64,000 nucleotides of DNA, taken from SAR86 cluster bacterium SAR86B (GTDB taxonomy: Bacteria > Pseudomonadota > Gammaproteobacteria > Magnimaribacterales > D2472). Made by a program: the position numbers and the translations under genes. The stretch's first letter is position 1. Each line of letters starts with the position of its first letter. The notes beneath the pieces were generated by a model that was not told the origin of the DNA, made no database searches, and saw nothing but the letters and a program-made list of their open reading frames with translations. This document shows positions 1 to 8,734 of the stretch, piece after piece. The stretch spans positions 439,256 to 503,255 of the forward strand of contig CAJJCW010000001.1 of the NCBI GenBank assembly GCA_905182885.1, read 5' to 3'.

Positions 1-196
1 CGCCTAAAACCTCTGCGTCTTCAGCCATATTTTTCGTTACCATTTCAATAGCTTCAGTCTTCCCTGTATATCCAGCCTCAACCCAAGCCATTGCAAGATC
101 TTCATTTGATTTATTAGAGTTGGTTGATGTTCCTTCTGAGCAGCCAGCTACAAAAATAAATGATGCTAATACAAAAGTTATTTTAAATTTATTCAT
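1..196 (-). CDS. Lipoprotein, N-terminal part only (gene runs off the left edge)
   Basis: A reverse-strand ATG at ~196 gives MNKFKITFVLASFIFVAGCSEG..., i.e. a signal peptide plus lipobox (VAG|C). The frame stays open to position 1. It is absent from the ORF track because there is no stop inside the window. Confidence 0.4.
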   Translation of the reverse strand, partial: MNKFKITFVLASFIFVAGCSEGTSTNSNKSNEDLAMAWVEAGYTGKTEAIEMVTKNMAEDAEVLG

Positions 197-295
197 AATT
201 TTCCCTATAAGTTATTACTATTAATAGTTTATAGAAAAATAGGAATTAATTAAATACCAATTAAAAACGGATATCTAATAAGCTAAAGATATTTT

Positions 296-2086
296 TTAAG
301 TACGAATTCTTCCAGTTTTTCTCATTCGAATTGACTCTGGAGTTACTTCAACAAGCTCATCATCTTCGATGAATTCTAAAGCTTGTTCCAAGGTATGAGT
401 TATAGGAGTAACAAGGATAAGATTCTCATCAGTTCCAGCGGCCCTAATATTATTTAATTGTTTCGCCTTAGTTGGGTTAACAGGAAGATCATTATCTCTT
501 GAATGGAGACCAACTATCTGACCAATATAAACCTCATTACCATGACCTAAAAATAACTTTCCTCTATTTTGAAGGTTGAAAAGGGCGTACGCCAAAGTTT
601 TTCCAGCAGTCATTGAATACATAACACCATTATTTCTTTTAGCTATTTCACCAGCTTTAACTGGGCCGTAATGATCAAAGACACTGGTCATAATCCCACT
701 GCCGCTTGTGATAGTTAGAAAATGTGATCTAAAGCCTATTATGCCTCTTGATGGGGCTATAAATTCTAGCTTAACTCTTCCTTTTCCATCAGAATCCATA
801 CTTTGAAGTTCTGCCTTTCTTGATCCTAGCTCCTCCATAACCGCACCTTGATGCATTTCTTCAACATCAATGACTATTTGCTCATAAGGTTCATGAATTT
901 TTCCATCAACTTCCTTCTGGACTACCTGAGGCTTAGAGATTCCTAGTTCATAGCCTTCTCTTCTCATGGTCTCAATAAGGACTGATAAATGAAGCTCGCC
1001 TCTTCCCGAGACAATAAATTTGTCAGGCGTTTCACCCGGGATAACTTTTAAGGCTACGTTTGATATTAACTCTTTATCTAATCTTTCTTTTATATTTCTA
1101 GAGGTAACATATTTACCTTCTTTACCAGCAAATGGCGAGTCATTAACCTGAAATTTCATGCTAACAGTAGGCTCATCAACTGAGAGAGCTGGAAGCGCCT
1201 CAACAGCTGCAGGTGCACATATGGTGTCTGAGATATTTAATTTATCTATACCAGTAATACAGACTATTGATCCAGCTTCTGCTTCCGGAACTTCTACCCT
1301 ATCTAATCCCTCATAGCCCATAACCTGGAGCACTTTACCTTTTCTAGTATTACCATCTCTATCAACAACAACTACCTGCTCGTTAGGCCTTACAACACCT
1401 CGTTTAATTCTTCCTATTCCTATAACCCCAACATAACTATTGCTATCTAGAGCACTAATCTGTAATTGCAGAGGCCCGTCAATATTAACTTCTGGAGCTG
1501 GAACTTTATCTAAAATCATTTGCAATAAAGGAGTCATATCATCACTCATGCTCTCAGGCTCAAGTCCTGCAATTCCTTCAATAGCTGATGCATATATAAC
1601 AGGGAAATCTAACTGCTCATCAGTTCCTCCAAGCCTATCAAATAGATCAAAAACTTGGTCTAAAACCCAATGAGGTCTTGCATCTGGTCTATCCACTTTA
1701 TTGATAACAACGATTGGTTTTAAGCCTTTCTCAAAAGCTTTTTGTGTTACAAATCTAGTTTGAGGCATCGGCCCATCCACAGCATCAACTAATAGCAATA
1801 CTGAATCAACCATAGAAAGAGCTCTTTCAACCTCTCCACCAAAGTCAGCATGACCGGGAGTATCTACAATATTAATAAGATGATCTTCCCAAATAATAGA
1901 GGTATTTTTTGCCGTTATCGTTATTCCTCTCTCTTTTTCTTGATCGTTAGAGTCCATTATTCTTTCAGAATCTACATTTTTTCTATCAAGCGTTCCCGAT
2001 TGTCCAAGAAGCTTGTCAACAAGGGTAGTTTTACCATGATCAACGTGAGCAATGATTGCTATATTTCGAAGGTTTTTTATGTCCAT
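296..2086 (-). CDS. typA: Translational GTPase TypA/BipA
   Basis: 596 aa. G1 motif AHVDHGKTT and G3 motif DTPGHADF are present. It has an EF-G-like domain order without domain IV and is full-length co-linear with BipA as I know it. Confidence 0.95.
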   Translation of the reverse strand: MDIKNLRNIAIIAHVDHGKTTLVDKLLGQSGTLDRKNVDSERIMDSNDQEKERGITITAKNTSIIWEDHLINIVDTPGHADFGGEVERALSMVDSVLLLVDAVDGPMPQTRFVTQKAFEKGLKPIVVINKVDRPDARPHWVLDQVFDLFDRLGGTDEQLDFPVIYASAIEGIAGLEPESMSDDMTPLLQMILDKVPAPEVNIDGPLQLQISALDSNSYVGVIGIGRIKRGVVRPNEQVVVVDRDGNTRKGKVLQVMGYEGLDRVEVPEAEAGSIVCITGIDKLNISDTICAPAAVEALPALSVDEPTVSMKFQVNDSPFAGKEGKYVTSRNIKERLDKELISNVALKVIPGETPDKFIVSGRGELHLSVLIETMRREGYELGISKPQVVQKEVDGKIHEPYEQIVIDVEEMHQGAVMEELGSRKAELQSMDSDGKGRVKLEFIAPSRGIIGFRSHFLTITSGSGIMTSVFDHYGPVKAGEIAKRNNGVMYSMTAGKTLAYALFNLQNRGKLFLGHGNEVYIGQIVGLHSRDNDLPVNPTKAKQLNNIRAAGTDENLILVTPITHTLEQALEFIEDDELVEVTPESIRMRKTGRIRT

Positions 2087-2126
2087 GTTATTAGTGTTTT
2101 AAAAAGGGGGGGATTATAATCTTAAA

Positions 2127-3407
2127 ATGAATAAATTAATGCTTTTCTTTGTCCTTATATTTTCAACCTACGGTTTCTCTGATCTAAAGCAAGATCTTGA
2201 TAGGCAGCTAGAGCCCCTAATGGAGAAGGTTATAAGCTGGCGCCATGATATTCATCAGAATCCAGAGCTTAGTAATAGAGAATATAGAACTGCAAAAAAA
2301 ATAGCAGTTCACCTTAAATCCTTAGGTATTAAAGTAGAAACAAAGATTGCTTACACTGGAGTGGTTGGCTTGATAGAAGGCGGACTTCCAGGACCTACCA
2401 TTGCCTTAAGAGCAGACATGGATGCTCTTCCTGTTATAGAAAAAACAGGATTGCCATTTGCATCTAAAGACAAAACGAAATACCTAGGCCAAACAGTCGG
2501 CATAATGCATGCATGCGGGCATGATGCGCATGTAGCAATTCTAATGGGTGTAGCTGAGTTTTTATCACAAAATAAAGATCAAATTAAAGGCAATATAGTT
2601 TTAATATTTCAACCTGCAGAAGAGGGTCCTCCTGAGGGAGAAAACGGCGGCGCAAAGATGATGCTTGAAGAGGGGTTGTTCGAAAAATATGATCCTGAAG
2701 TGATATTTGGTCTTCATGTTGGAAATGGTCCTCATGGATATGTCAGTGTTGTTTCTGGACCGGCCATGGCTGCTGCGTCTACCTATAGAATTAAAGTAAA
2801 AGGAGTCCAGGCTCATGGATCAAGGCCTTGGGATTCAATCGATCCTGTTATGGCAAGTGTCGAACTAATTCAAGGCCTAAATACAATTGTAAGTAGAAGA
2901 ATAAATATTATTAACAATCCAGCTGTAGTATCTGTAGGCATTATTAGATCGGGTACAAGAGGGAATATTATCCCAGAAGATGCAGAAATACAGGGAACCA
3001 TTAGAACTTTTGATCCTGAGCTTAGGGCTGAAATTTATGATGAAATAAGACAAATAGCATCAGGCGTAGCTTTGGGGACAGGCGCTCAAATAGATGTAGA
3101 GTTTGATGTTGGTGGTTTTTATCCCGTCACATATAACAATCCTGACCTAGTAGCTAAATTAATTCCGACGCTCAAAGAAGCTACTGATAATAAGTTTTTT
3201 CTTAGTAAGACTCCCTCAACTGGAGCTGAAGATTTTTCATTTTTTTCAGATAGAATTCCAGGAATGTATTTTTGGTTAGGCGTTAATGCACCTGGTGTTG
3301 AGAACGCTCCTGGGAACCATTCTCCATACTTTGTTGTCGATGATGGAGCTTTAGACGAAGGATTAAAATCTTTGATTTATTTAGTGTTAGAATATCCGGA
3401 AAAATAA
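2127..3407 (+). CDS. Secreted M20D-family amidohydrolase (aminoacylase / hippurate-hydrolase type)
   Basis: 426 aa with an N-terminal signal peptide. The metal-site motif HACGHDAH and an M20 dimerisation-domain layout are present. Confidence 0.85.
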   Translation: MNKLMLFFVLIFSTYGFSDLKQDLDRQLEPLMEKVISWRHDIHQNPELSNREYRTAKKIAVHLKSLGIKVETKIAYTGVVGLIEGGLPGPTIALRADMDALPVIEKTGLPFASKDKTKYLGQTVGIMHACGHDAHVAILMGVAEFLSQNKDQIKGNIVLIFQPAEEGPPEGENGGAKMMLEEGLFEKYDPEVIFGLHVGNGPHGYVSVVSGPAMAAASTYRIKVKGVQAHGSRPWDSIDPVMASVELIQGLNTIVSRRINIINNPAVVSVGIIRSGTRGNIIPEDAEIQGTIRTFDPELRAEIYDEIRQIASGVALGTGAQIDVEFDVGGFYPVTYNNPDLVAKLIPTLKEATDNKFFLSKTPSTGAEDFSFFSDRIPGMYFWLGVNAPGVENAPGNHSPYFVVDDGALDEGLKSLIYLVLEYPEK

Positions 3408-3478
3408 TATATATATTCGAATTAAATTATTCTAACCAATTGGATGGAGTAATATTCATTTAATAAAGGAGAATTAAA

Positions 3479-4445
3479 TTGCCAATCCCAAGTCACATAA
3501 AAGATCATTTATCTATCCCAGTTATAGGCTCACCACTTTTCTTGGTTTCAGGACCAGAGTTAGTAATAGCACAATGCAAAGCAGGAATTATTGGATCTTT
3601 TCCAGCTCTAAATGCAAGACCTCAACATGTTTTAGGTGAGTGGATTACTAGAATTAAAACAGAATTAGCTGAGTATCAAGAACAAAATCCTGATGCTAAA
3701 GGTCGCTCCATTTGCAGTCAATCAAATTTGCCATGCTTCAAATAACAGACTGATGGAAGATATGGCTACTTGTGTTGAACACGAAGTACCGATAATTATC
3801 ACATCCTTAAGACCACCTGCAGAATTAGTAGAAGCAGCCCATAGTTATGGTGGACTTGTATATCATGATGTTATTAATGTTAAACACGCTAAAAAAGCTG
3901 CAGAACAAGGCGTGGATGGTCTGATTTTAGTTTGTGCCGGTGCCGGAGGGCATGCAGGAGCTCTATCTCCTTTTGCTTTATTAAGAGAAGTAAAAGAATG
4001 GTTTGATGGAACAGTTATCTTATCTGGTTCAATTGGAGATGGTTATTCAGTTGCCTCAGCTTTAGCGCTTGGAGCAGATTTTGCCTATATGGGCACACGT
4101 TTTATAGCCACACAAGAAGCCAATGCAGATCAAGGCTACAAACAAATGCTAATTGAAAGCGCCGCAGATGACATAGTACTTTCAAGTCTATTTACTGGAA
4201 TAAGTGGTAACTACTTAAAGCCATCAATTGTAAAAGAAGGGATGGATGCAGATAATCTTCCCGAGGCAGACAAAAGCACTATGAACTTTGGTTCAGGTGG
4301 AAATACTGATGCAAAAGCATGGAAAGATATTTGGGGTTCTGGTCAAGGTATCGGCGGAATTAAAGATGATCCTAGTGTTGCAGACTTAGTAACTAGATTA
4401 AAAGCAGAGTTCATCGAAGCAAAAAATGAGTTTAATCAAAAGTAG
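3479..4445 (+). CDS. Nitronate monooxygenase (2-nitropropane dioxygenase / FabK-like) family, split by a frameshift in this assembly
   Basis: ORFs 3479-3745 and 3693-4445 are consecutive parts of one NMO protein (GSFPALNARP... then APFAVNQI..., CAGAGGHAG, YMGTRF). The frame changes at ~3698-3702 (AAAGG). Confidence 0.8.
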
Positions 4446-4459
4446 AGAGGTTTTATAAA

Positions 4460-4633
4460 ATGGAATGGATAATTTTCTTTTTTATCGGATTAGCATCAGG
4501 AGTATCAATTGTTACCCTGATGAATAATTCTAAGAAAAATAGATCAGGTGCTAAGGGCATTACTGGAGAATATACTTCAAAAAATGGCATCAAACATACT
4601 GCAAAAAAAGATAGAGAAAATCATATAGTATGA
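4460..4633 (+). CDS. Hypothetical small membrane protein (57 aa)
   Basis: ATG at 4460 with GAGAGG about 10 nt upstream. It has one hydrophobic N-terminal helix (MEWIIFFFIGLASGVSIVTLM) and a basic tail. Its stop overlaps the next start (ATGA at 4630-4633). It falls below the ORF-track length cutoff. Confidence 0.35.
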   Translation: MEWIIFFFIGLASGVSIVTLMNNSKKNRSGAKGITGEYTSKNGIKHTAKKDRENHIV

Positions 4634-4866
4634 CCTCTAACCTGCTTCTTTTCTTTACAGGTTCCATAACTTTTCTAGTCGTATTCAGTTGGTTTAAAGT
4701 TGCTGCAATTCACCTTTTTAAATTAGAAACAGCCTCTGAACCTGATCAAGGAAATGCAGCATGGAAAAAATTATTTCAAGTATTTGCTGTTGATTTACTT
4801 CTTTGCATAATAGGAGTCCTTGGAACAGGCATTATCTTTGTAGTTACTTTTAACTTATTTCATTAA
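4630..4866 (+). CDS. Hypothetical membrane protein (78 aa, two hydrophobic segments)
   Basis: ORF-track ORF that is start/stop coupled on both sides. I recognise no family. Confidence 0.45.
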   Translation: MTSNLLLFFTGSITFLVVFSWFKVAAIHLFKLETASEPDQGNAAWKKLFQVFAVDLLLCIIGVLGTGIIFVVTFNLFH

Positions 4867-5051
4867 TGAGTGATAGAGATTTAAGAAGATACTTTAAGGA
4901 TGGCTGGAATAAGCTATTTGGAAAGGAAGAGGATAAAACAAAACTAAGAACCCAAAGCCTCTTTAGAGCTAAAGAAGGGATTCTTAATGTCGGAACTCCT
5001 CACGACTGGGAAGATTACGAAAAATATAAAGAAGAACAAAAGGATGAATAA
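4866..5051 (+). CDS. Hypothetical small charged protein (61 aa)
   Basis: ORF-track ORF with a K/E/D-rich sequence. Its start overlaps the previous stop (TAATG). The next gene's ATG (5044) lies inside its last codons. Confidence 0.4.
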   Translation: MSDRDLRRYFKDGWNKLFGKEEDKTKLRTQSLFRAKEGILNVGTPHDWEDYEKYKEEQKDE

Positions 5052-5917
5052 AATTGGTTTTATAGGTCTTGGTGTCATGGGATATCCAATGGCAGGGCAC
5101 CTTTCAAATGAATTTACTGATATTTGCTATTTTTAATAGATCACAAGAAAAAGTAACAAAATGGCTTAATCAGTATTCTGGAAAAGCTTTTGATACACCA
5201 GAAGAATTATCATCTCAATGCAATGTAATTGCTCTTTGTGTTGGAAGAGATGAAGATGTTAGAGAGATGATGTCAGGTAAAAAAGGTATTTTAAATTCTG
5301 TAAATCCTGGAACTATTATTATTGATCACACAACAACCTCTGCAACTCTCTCTAAAGAGATGAATGAGCTTGCTCTCCAGAAAGGTGTTATTTTTTTAGA
5401 TGCTCCAATATCAGGCGGTCAAGCTGGAGCAGAATCTGGTCAGCTTTCTGTAATGGTTGGTGGGGACGAAGCTTCCTATAAATCTATCAAGCCTATCCTT
5501 GATACTTACTCTAAGTTTACAAAATATATGGGACCAAGCGGGTCAGGACAATTAACAAAAATGGTTAATCAAATTTGCATTGCTGGTTTGGTGCAGGCGC
5601 TTTCGGAGGGAGTCAATTTTTCTGAAAAAGTTGGCCTTAATACAAGTGATGTTATGGAGGTTATTACAAAAGGAGCAGCTCAATCCTGGCAAATGGAAAA
5701 CAGATGGGAAACTATGCTTAAGGATGAATACGATCATGGCTTTGCAGTTGATTGGATGCGAAAAGATTTAGATATAGTTTCTGAGCAAGCTGGTCAGGTT
5801 GGCGCAAATATAGAGATAACAGAAATGGTAAATAAGTTTTACAAAGACATTCAAGATTTAGATGGAGGACGCTGGGATACCTCAAGTCTTCTTAAAAGAA
5901 TAAAAGACTCTACTTAG
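5044..5917 (+). CDS. 3-hydroxyisobutyrate / beta-hydroxyacid dehydrogenase family, N-terminus split by a frameshift
   Basis: ATG at 5044 gives MNKIGFIGLGVMGYPMAGHL... (Rossmann GxGxxG), which stops at 5134. The rest (NRSQEKV..., DAPISGG, 6PGDH-type C-terminal domain) continues in ORF 5069-5917. The shift lies in a T5 run at 5130-5134. Confidence 0.8.
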
Positions 5918-6282
5918 AAAATTATCCTAGAAAATATTGTCAAGGCTGAGTATACGAACAGTACTCCTATATTTATTATTTCCATAAGACCATCATCTAG
6001 AGCAATAGATTCGTCTGCTATCTTGTAATAGCTACTTGGGCTCGTAACCAGCCATATAACACCAACCATATGAGCAATCATCAATATGGCAATAATCCAA
6101 TTAAGAGGTTGGTTTGTAAAAACGATAAAAGAAGTAAGAATTAAAAAAAAGATCTCGATGGATAAGTACTTGTTGATATTTTCTTTTTTATATAGATATT
6201 TAGCAAGGCTATAGCCATTTTTATAGGTATAAAAGAAAGCGACTGCATAAAGAAAATATAAAAAAGCCAGAAATACGATCAT
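5914..6282 (-). CDS. Hypothetical integral membrane protein (122 aa, about 4 hydrophobic helices)
   Basis: ORF-track ORF. I recognise no family. It lies in the same orientation as the MazG and glycosyltransferase genes upstream. Confidence 0.5.
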   Translation of the reverse strand: MIVFLAFLYFLYAVAFFYTYKNGYSLAKYLYKKENINKYLSIEIFFLILTSFIVFTNQPLNWIIAILMIAHMVGVIWLVTSPSSYYKIADESIALDDGLMEIINIGVLFVYSALTIFSRIIF

Positions 6283-6285
6283 GCT

Positions 6286-6435
6286 TTAGTGATGTGGAGG
6301 TTTCTCATAATCTACTGGAGGAAACTGAGACTTCTCTTTACTCTTTTTATATTTTTCGTACCTAGAAGTAACATCAGCACAGTCATCAGCTGCCGAGGGA
6401 AGTTCTTCTTTTGATTTATTGTCTTTTTCTTCCAT
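6286..6435 (-). CDS. Possible small acidic/basic protein (49 aa)
   Basis: Hand-translated as MEEKDNKSKEELPSAADDCADVTSRYEKYKKSKEKSQFPPVDYEKPPHH*. It fills the gap between the MazG-like gene and the membrane protein, ending 4 nt before the latter's ATG. There is no homology support. Confidence 0.25.
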   Translation of the reverse strand: MEEKDNKSKEELPSAADDCADVTSRYEKYKKSKEKSQFPPVDYEKPPHH

Positions 6436-6461
6436 TGTTTTATCTAAAGATAGTAATTGGC

Positions 6462-6878
6462 TTATAGATCGCCGTCTTTTCTGACTTCACTTCTATCAAC
6501 TTCAAATTTTTCTCCGTACCTGGCTTCTAATTTTTTTTGATTTTCGTTTATTACTTCATAAGGATCTAAACCTAATGATGCACATGCGGTAGTCCAGTAC
6601 CACATAATATCTCCAAGCTCTCTCTTCATATGAAAAATATTATCTTCAGAAGCTGGCTTTCCTTGAAGAACCATTTTCTTAACAATTTCAACAAATTCTC
6701 CAGTCTCGCTTCCAAGACCCAATGCAGCTGTTAATAGTCTTGGCATTTTTATAGAAGAAGATTCTTCAATATTATCAAAGCTCTTTTTAAGAGCATCAAG
6801 ATCAATACTAGGTTCGCTAGTTACCTTGGTAACAAAATCACTATAGGTTGAAAAAAAATCTTTTACTTCTTTACTCAT
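6462..6878 (-). CDS. MazG-like nucleoside-triphosphate pyrophosphohydrolase (single-domain)
   Basis: 138 aa with the all-alpha NTP-PPase signature region EFVEIVKK...ELGDIMWYW. Confidence 0.75.
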   Translation of the reverse strand: MSKEVKDFFSTYSDFVTKVTSEPSIDLDALKKSFDNIEESSSIKMPRLLTAALGLGSETGEFVEIVKKMVLQGKPASEDNIFHMKRELGDIMWYWTTACASLGLDPYEVINENQKKLEARYGEKFEVDRSEVRKDGDL

Positions 6879-6933
6879 CTCATCTCTCCTTAAATATGGT
6901 GTTTAAATAATATCATTCGCTAAATATTTTTCA

Positions 6934-7920
6934 TTAAAAAGGTGAGTTTTTCCATGACAGTGAAGACACAAAGTTAGCCGTTGTGGCCTTATCCTTGTTC
7001 ACTATTTCCCTTTCAACTAAGTTAATGCCTGATAAGAACTCATAATCTTTTAGTGTTCTTTTGTCACCTAAGCCATAAACACCCTCAATTTCACCATTAA
7101 TAACCATTGATAGCTTATTTAAACTTTTCTCTTCTCTTTCATGCCACTTAACTTGTCTATTTCCATCCTCTGTTTCATCCCAGTGAAGCTTTCTTTTTAA
7201 ATCAGAAGTATCAGTATAAAGATGAAATATAGGAACAGCTGGTATATGGAAAATACCAAATCCACGAGTAAAGGCCCTAATCATTAAAGATATTTCTTCA
7301 CCATAAAAGTAGAATTCAGGATCATAGGGAACTTCTTTTACAAAAGCTCCAGGAGCAAAAAGGCAGCCAGCTGCGAGCAGATAGCCATGAGTAATTTCAA
7401 CATCAGTTATTGCTCCTATCTGTCTAGAGAATGAATCTTTTAAGAAAATTGAATCTTCTCTGTAAGCAATAATATGTGTATTGGTATCAGCAGTATCAAG
7501 AGAGTAAGTTCCAGAATTAAAATCCACAATATCAAATGCTCTTGGATAACAGGTAATAATAGGCAGCTTGTGTGAATAAGAATCTACAGATTGAATCTTT
7601 TGCATATAAGACAGCAAATAGGTATCCCATCCTTTTTGAAATTGCATGTGAGAATCAATTTGAAGGTAATAATCTTCATCATTAAAAAATTTTTGAATTC
7701 TATGTCTTGCCCAGCATGGGCCCTCAGATATTTCTGGTTCAACATGGTCATATGAAATCTGATTAGAAAAAGAAAAGATCTCAAGATCTATGGCATGAGA
7801 AGACTGATCACATACCCCAAAGAATAAGTTATCTGGCTTATCTGCATTATCAAATGCCCCCCTGATAGTAGTTTCTAATAAAGGGTCTTGATAAGATGCT
7901 ATTGAAATAAAAATTTTCAT
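6934..7920 (-). CDS. Glycosyltransferase, GlcNAc-transferase-like (Pfam 'GlcNAc' PF11397 / GT60-like by recollection)
   Basis: The N-terminus KIFISIASYQDPLLETTIRGAFDNADKPDNLFFGVCDQ and the DxH-type motif YLQIDSHMQF match that family as I recall it. I prefer the ATG at 7920. The track's TTG at 7989 would overlap the divergent P4H gene. Confidence 0.6.
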   Translation of the reverse strand: MKIFISIASYQDPLLETTIRGAFDNADKPDNLFFGVCDQSSHAIDLEIFSFSNQISYDHVEPEISEGPCWARHRIQKFFNDEDYYLQIDSHMQFQKGWDTYLLSYMQKIQSVDSYSHKLPIITCYPRAFDIVDFNSGTYSLDTADTNTHIIAYREDSIFLKDSFSRQIGAITDVEITHGYLLAAGCLFAPGAFVKEVPYDPEFYFYGEEISLMIRAFTRGFGIFHIPAVPIFHLYTDTSDLKRKLHWDETEDGNRQVKWHEREEKSLNKLSMVINGEIEGVYGLGDKRTLKDYEFLSGINLVEREIVNKDKATTANFVSSLSWKNSPF

Positions 7921-7973
7921 GATTAGAAGATAACAATAGAGACAAATCAATAATTTGCAAATATAATTTTTAA

Positions 7974-8597
7974 ATGACCATGAAACCAAAACAAATTTCG
8001 GAAAACGTCACCTTATTTTCTATCGATCCTCTTGTTTATGTTGTATCAGATTTTTTATCCTCTGACGAGTGCGCATCCTTTATTAAGGTTGGGTCGGGTA
8101 AGATGGAAAGAGCTACAGTCATAACCGATTCAGAGCACCAGTTTCATGATAGTAGAACCAATAGCTATGCTTGGATACAGCATGATGCGAGCGATATAAT
8201 TCATGAGGTAAGTAAAAGATTCTCTATTCTAGTTAAAATGCCAATCAATAATGCAGAGCAGTTTCAGCTAGTTCATTATGGTCCAGGAACTGAGTACAAA
8301 CCTCATTTTGATGCTTTTGATAAAAGTACGGAAGAGGGAAGGAACAATTGGTTTCCCGGAGGTCAGAGAATGGTAACTGCCTTGGCTTATTTAAATGACG
8401 TCGAAGATGGAGGGGCAACAGATTTCCCAGATATTGGTGTTTCGATAAAACCCAACAAAGGCGATGTAGTCGTTTTCCATAATTGCAAAGATGGTAGTTC
8501 TGATATTAATCCTAATTCACTTCATGGCGGATCGCCTGTTATCTCGGGTGAAAAATGGGCTGTAAATCTATGGTTTAGACAAGAAGCCATTTATTAA
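7974..8597 (+). CDS. Prolyl 4-hydroxylase-type 2-oxoglutarate/Fe(II) dioxygenase (P4Hc domain)
   Basis: 207 aa. The HxD...H facial triad (KPHFDAF ... LHGGSPV) and the 2OG-binding Lys (GEKWAVNLWF) are present. Confidence 0.85.
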   Translation: MTMKPKQISENVTLFSIDPLVYVVSDFLSSDECASFIKVGSGKMERATVITDSEHQFHDSRTNSYAWIQHDASDIIHEVSKRFSILVKMPINNAEQFQLVHYGPGTEYKPHFDAFDKSTEEGRNNWFPGGQRMVTALAYLNDVEDGGATDFPDIGVSIKPNKGDVVVFHNCKDGSSDINPNSLHGGSPVISGEKWAVNLWFRQEAIY

Positions 8598-8649
8598 GAT
8601 AACTTTAATTTTTATCTAGATTTTTTCTAAATTTAATTATATTATTCAA

Positions 8650-8734
8650 ACAACTGCAAGGGGTGGTCAATTGACCTGAGATCTTCACGGAAACCCTTTG
8701 AACCTGATCCATACAATAATGGCGGAGGAATCGC
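8650..8734 (+). promoter_or_regulatory. TPP (THI-box) riboswitch
   Basis: The sequence reads ...caaGGGGTGgtcaattgaCCTGAGAtcttcacggaaACCCTTTGAACCTGATCcatacAATAATGgcGGAGGAAtcgcATG. It contains the conserved CUGAGA, ACCCUUUGAACCUGAUC and AUAAUG cores. The SD (GGAGGA) sits inside the 3' half, about 7 nt before the receptor ATG. Coordinates are +/-2 nt. Confidence 0.85.

Noticed and set aside
1440-2119. ORFs 1440-1673 and 1850-2119 (+), plus similar short ORFs elsewhere. These include 2601-2816, 5552-5771, 7584-7784, 9334-9633, 12730-13097, 13109-13348, 14101-14334, 14712-14921, 16663-16878, 17159-17362 and 19451-19639. They also include 20364-20561, 24983-25171, 32950-33291, 33462-33662, 35979-36281, 36849-37046, 38248-38484, 39589-40134 and 41433-41672. 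The rest are 43693-44168, 45787-46047, 47231-47503, 48214-48573, 48980-49288, 50888-51499, 51939-52226, 55837-57297 and 61296-61523.
   Set aside because: All are embedded in, or antisense to, long ORFs with clear homology-type signatures. They have biased, low-complexity sequences typical of off-frame translation of AT-rich genes.
7921-7989. An N-terminal extension of the glycosyltransferase (TTG at 7989) that looks like a hydrophobic signal-anchor
   Set aside because: It would make the two divergent genes overlap at their 5' ends and uses a TTG. The conserved family N-terminus begins right at the ATG at 7920. A membrane anchor cannot be excluded but is unsupported.
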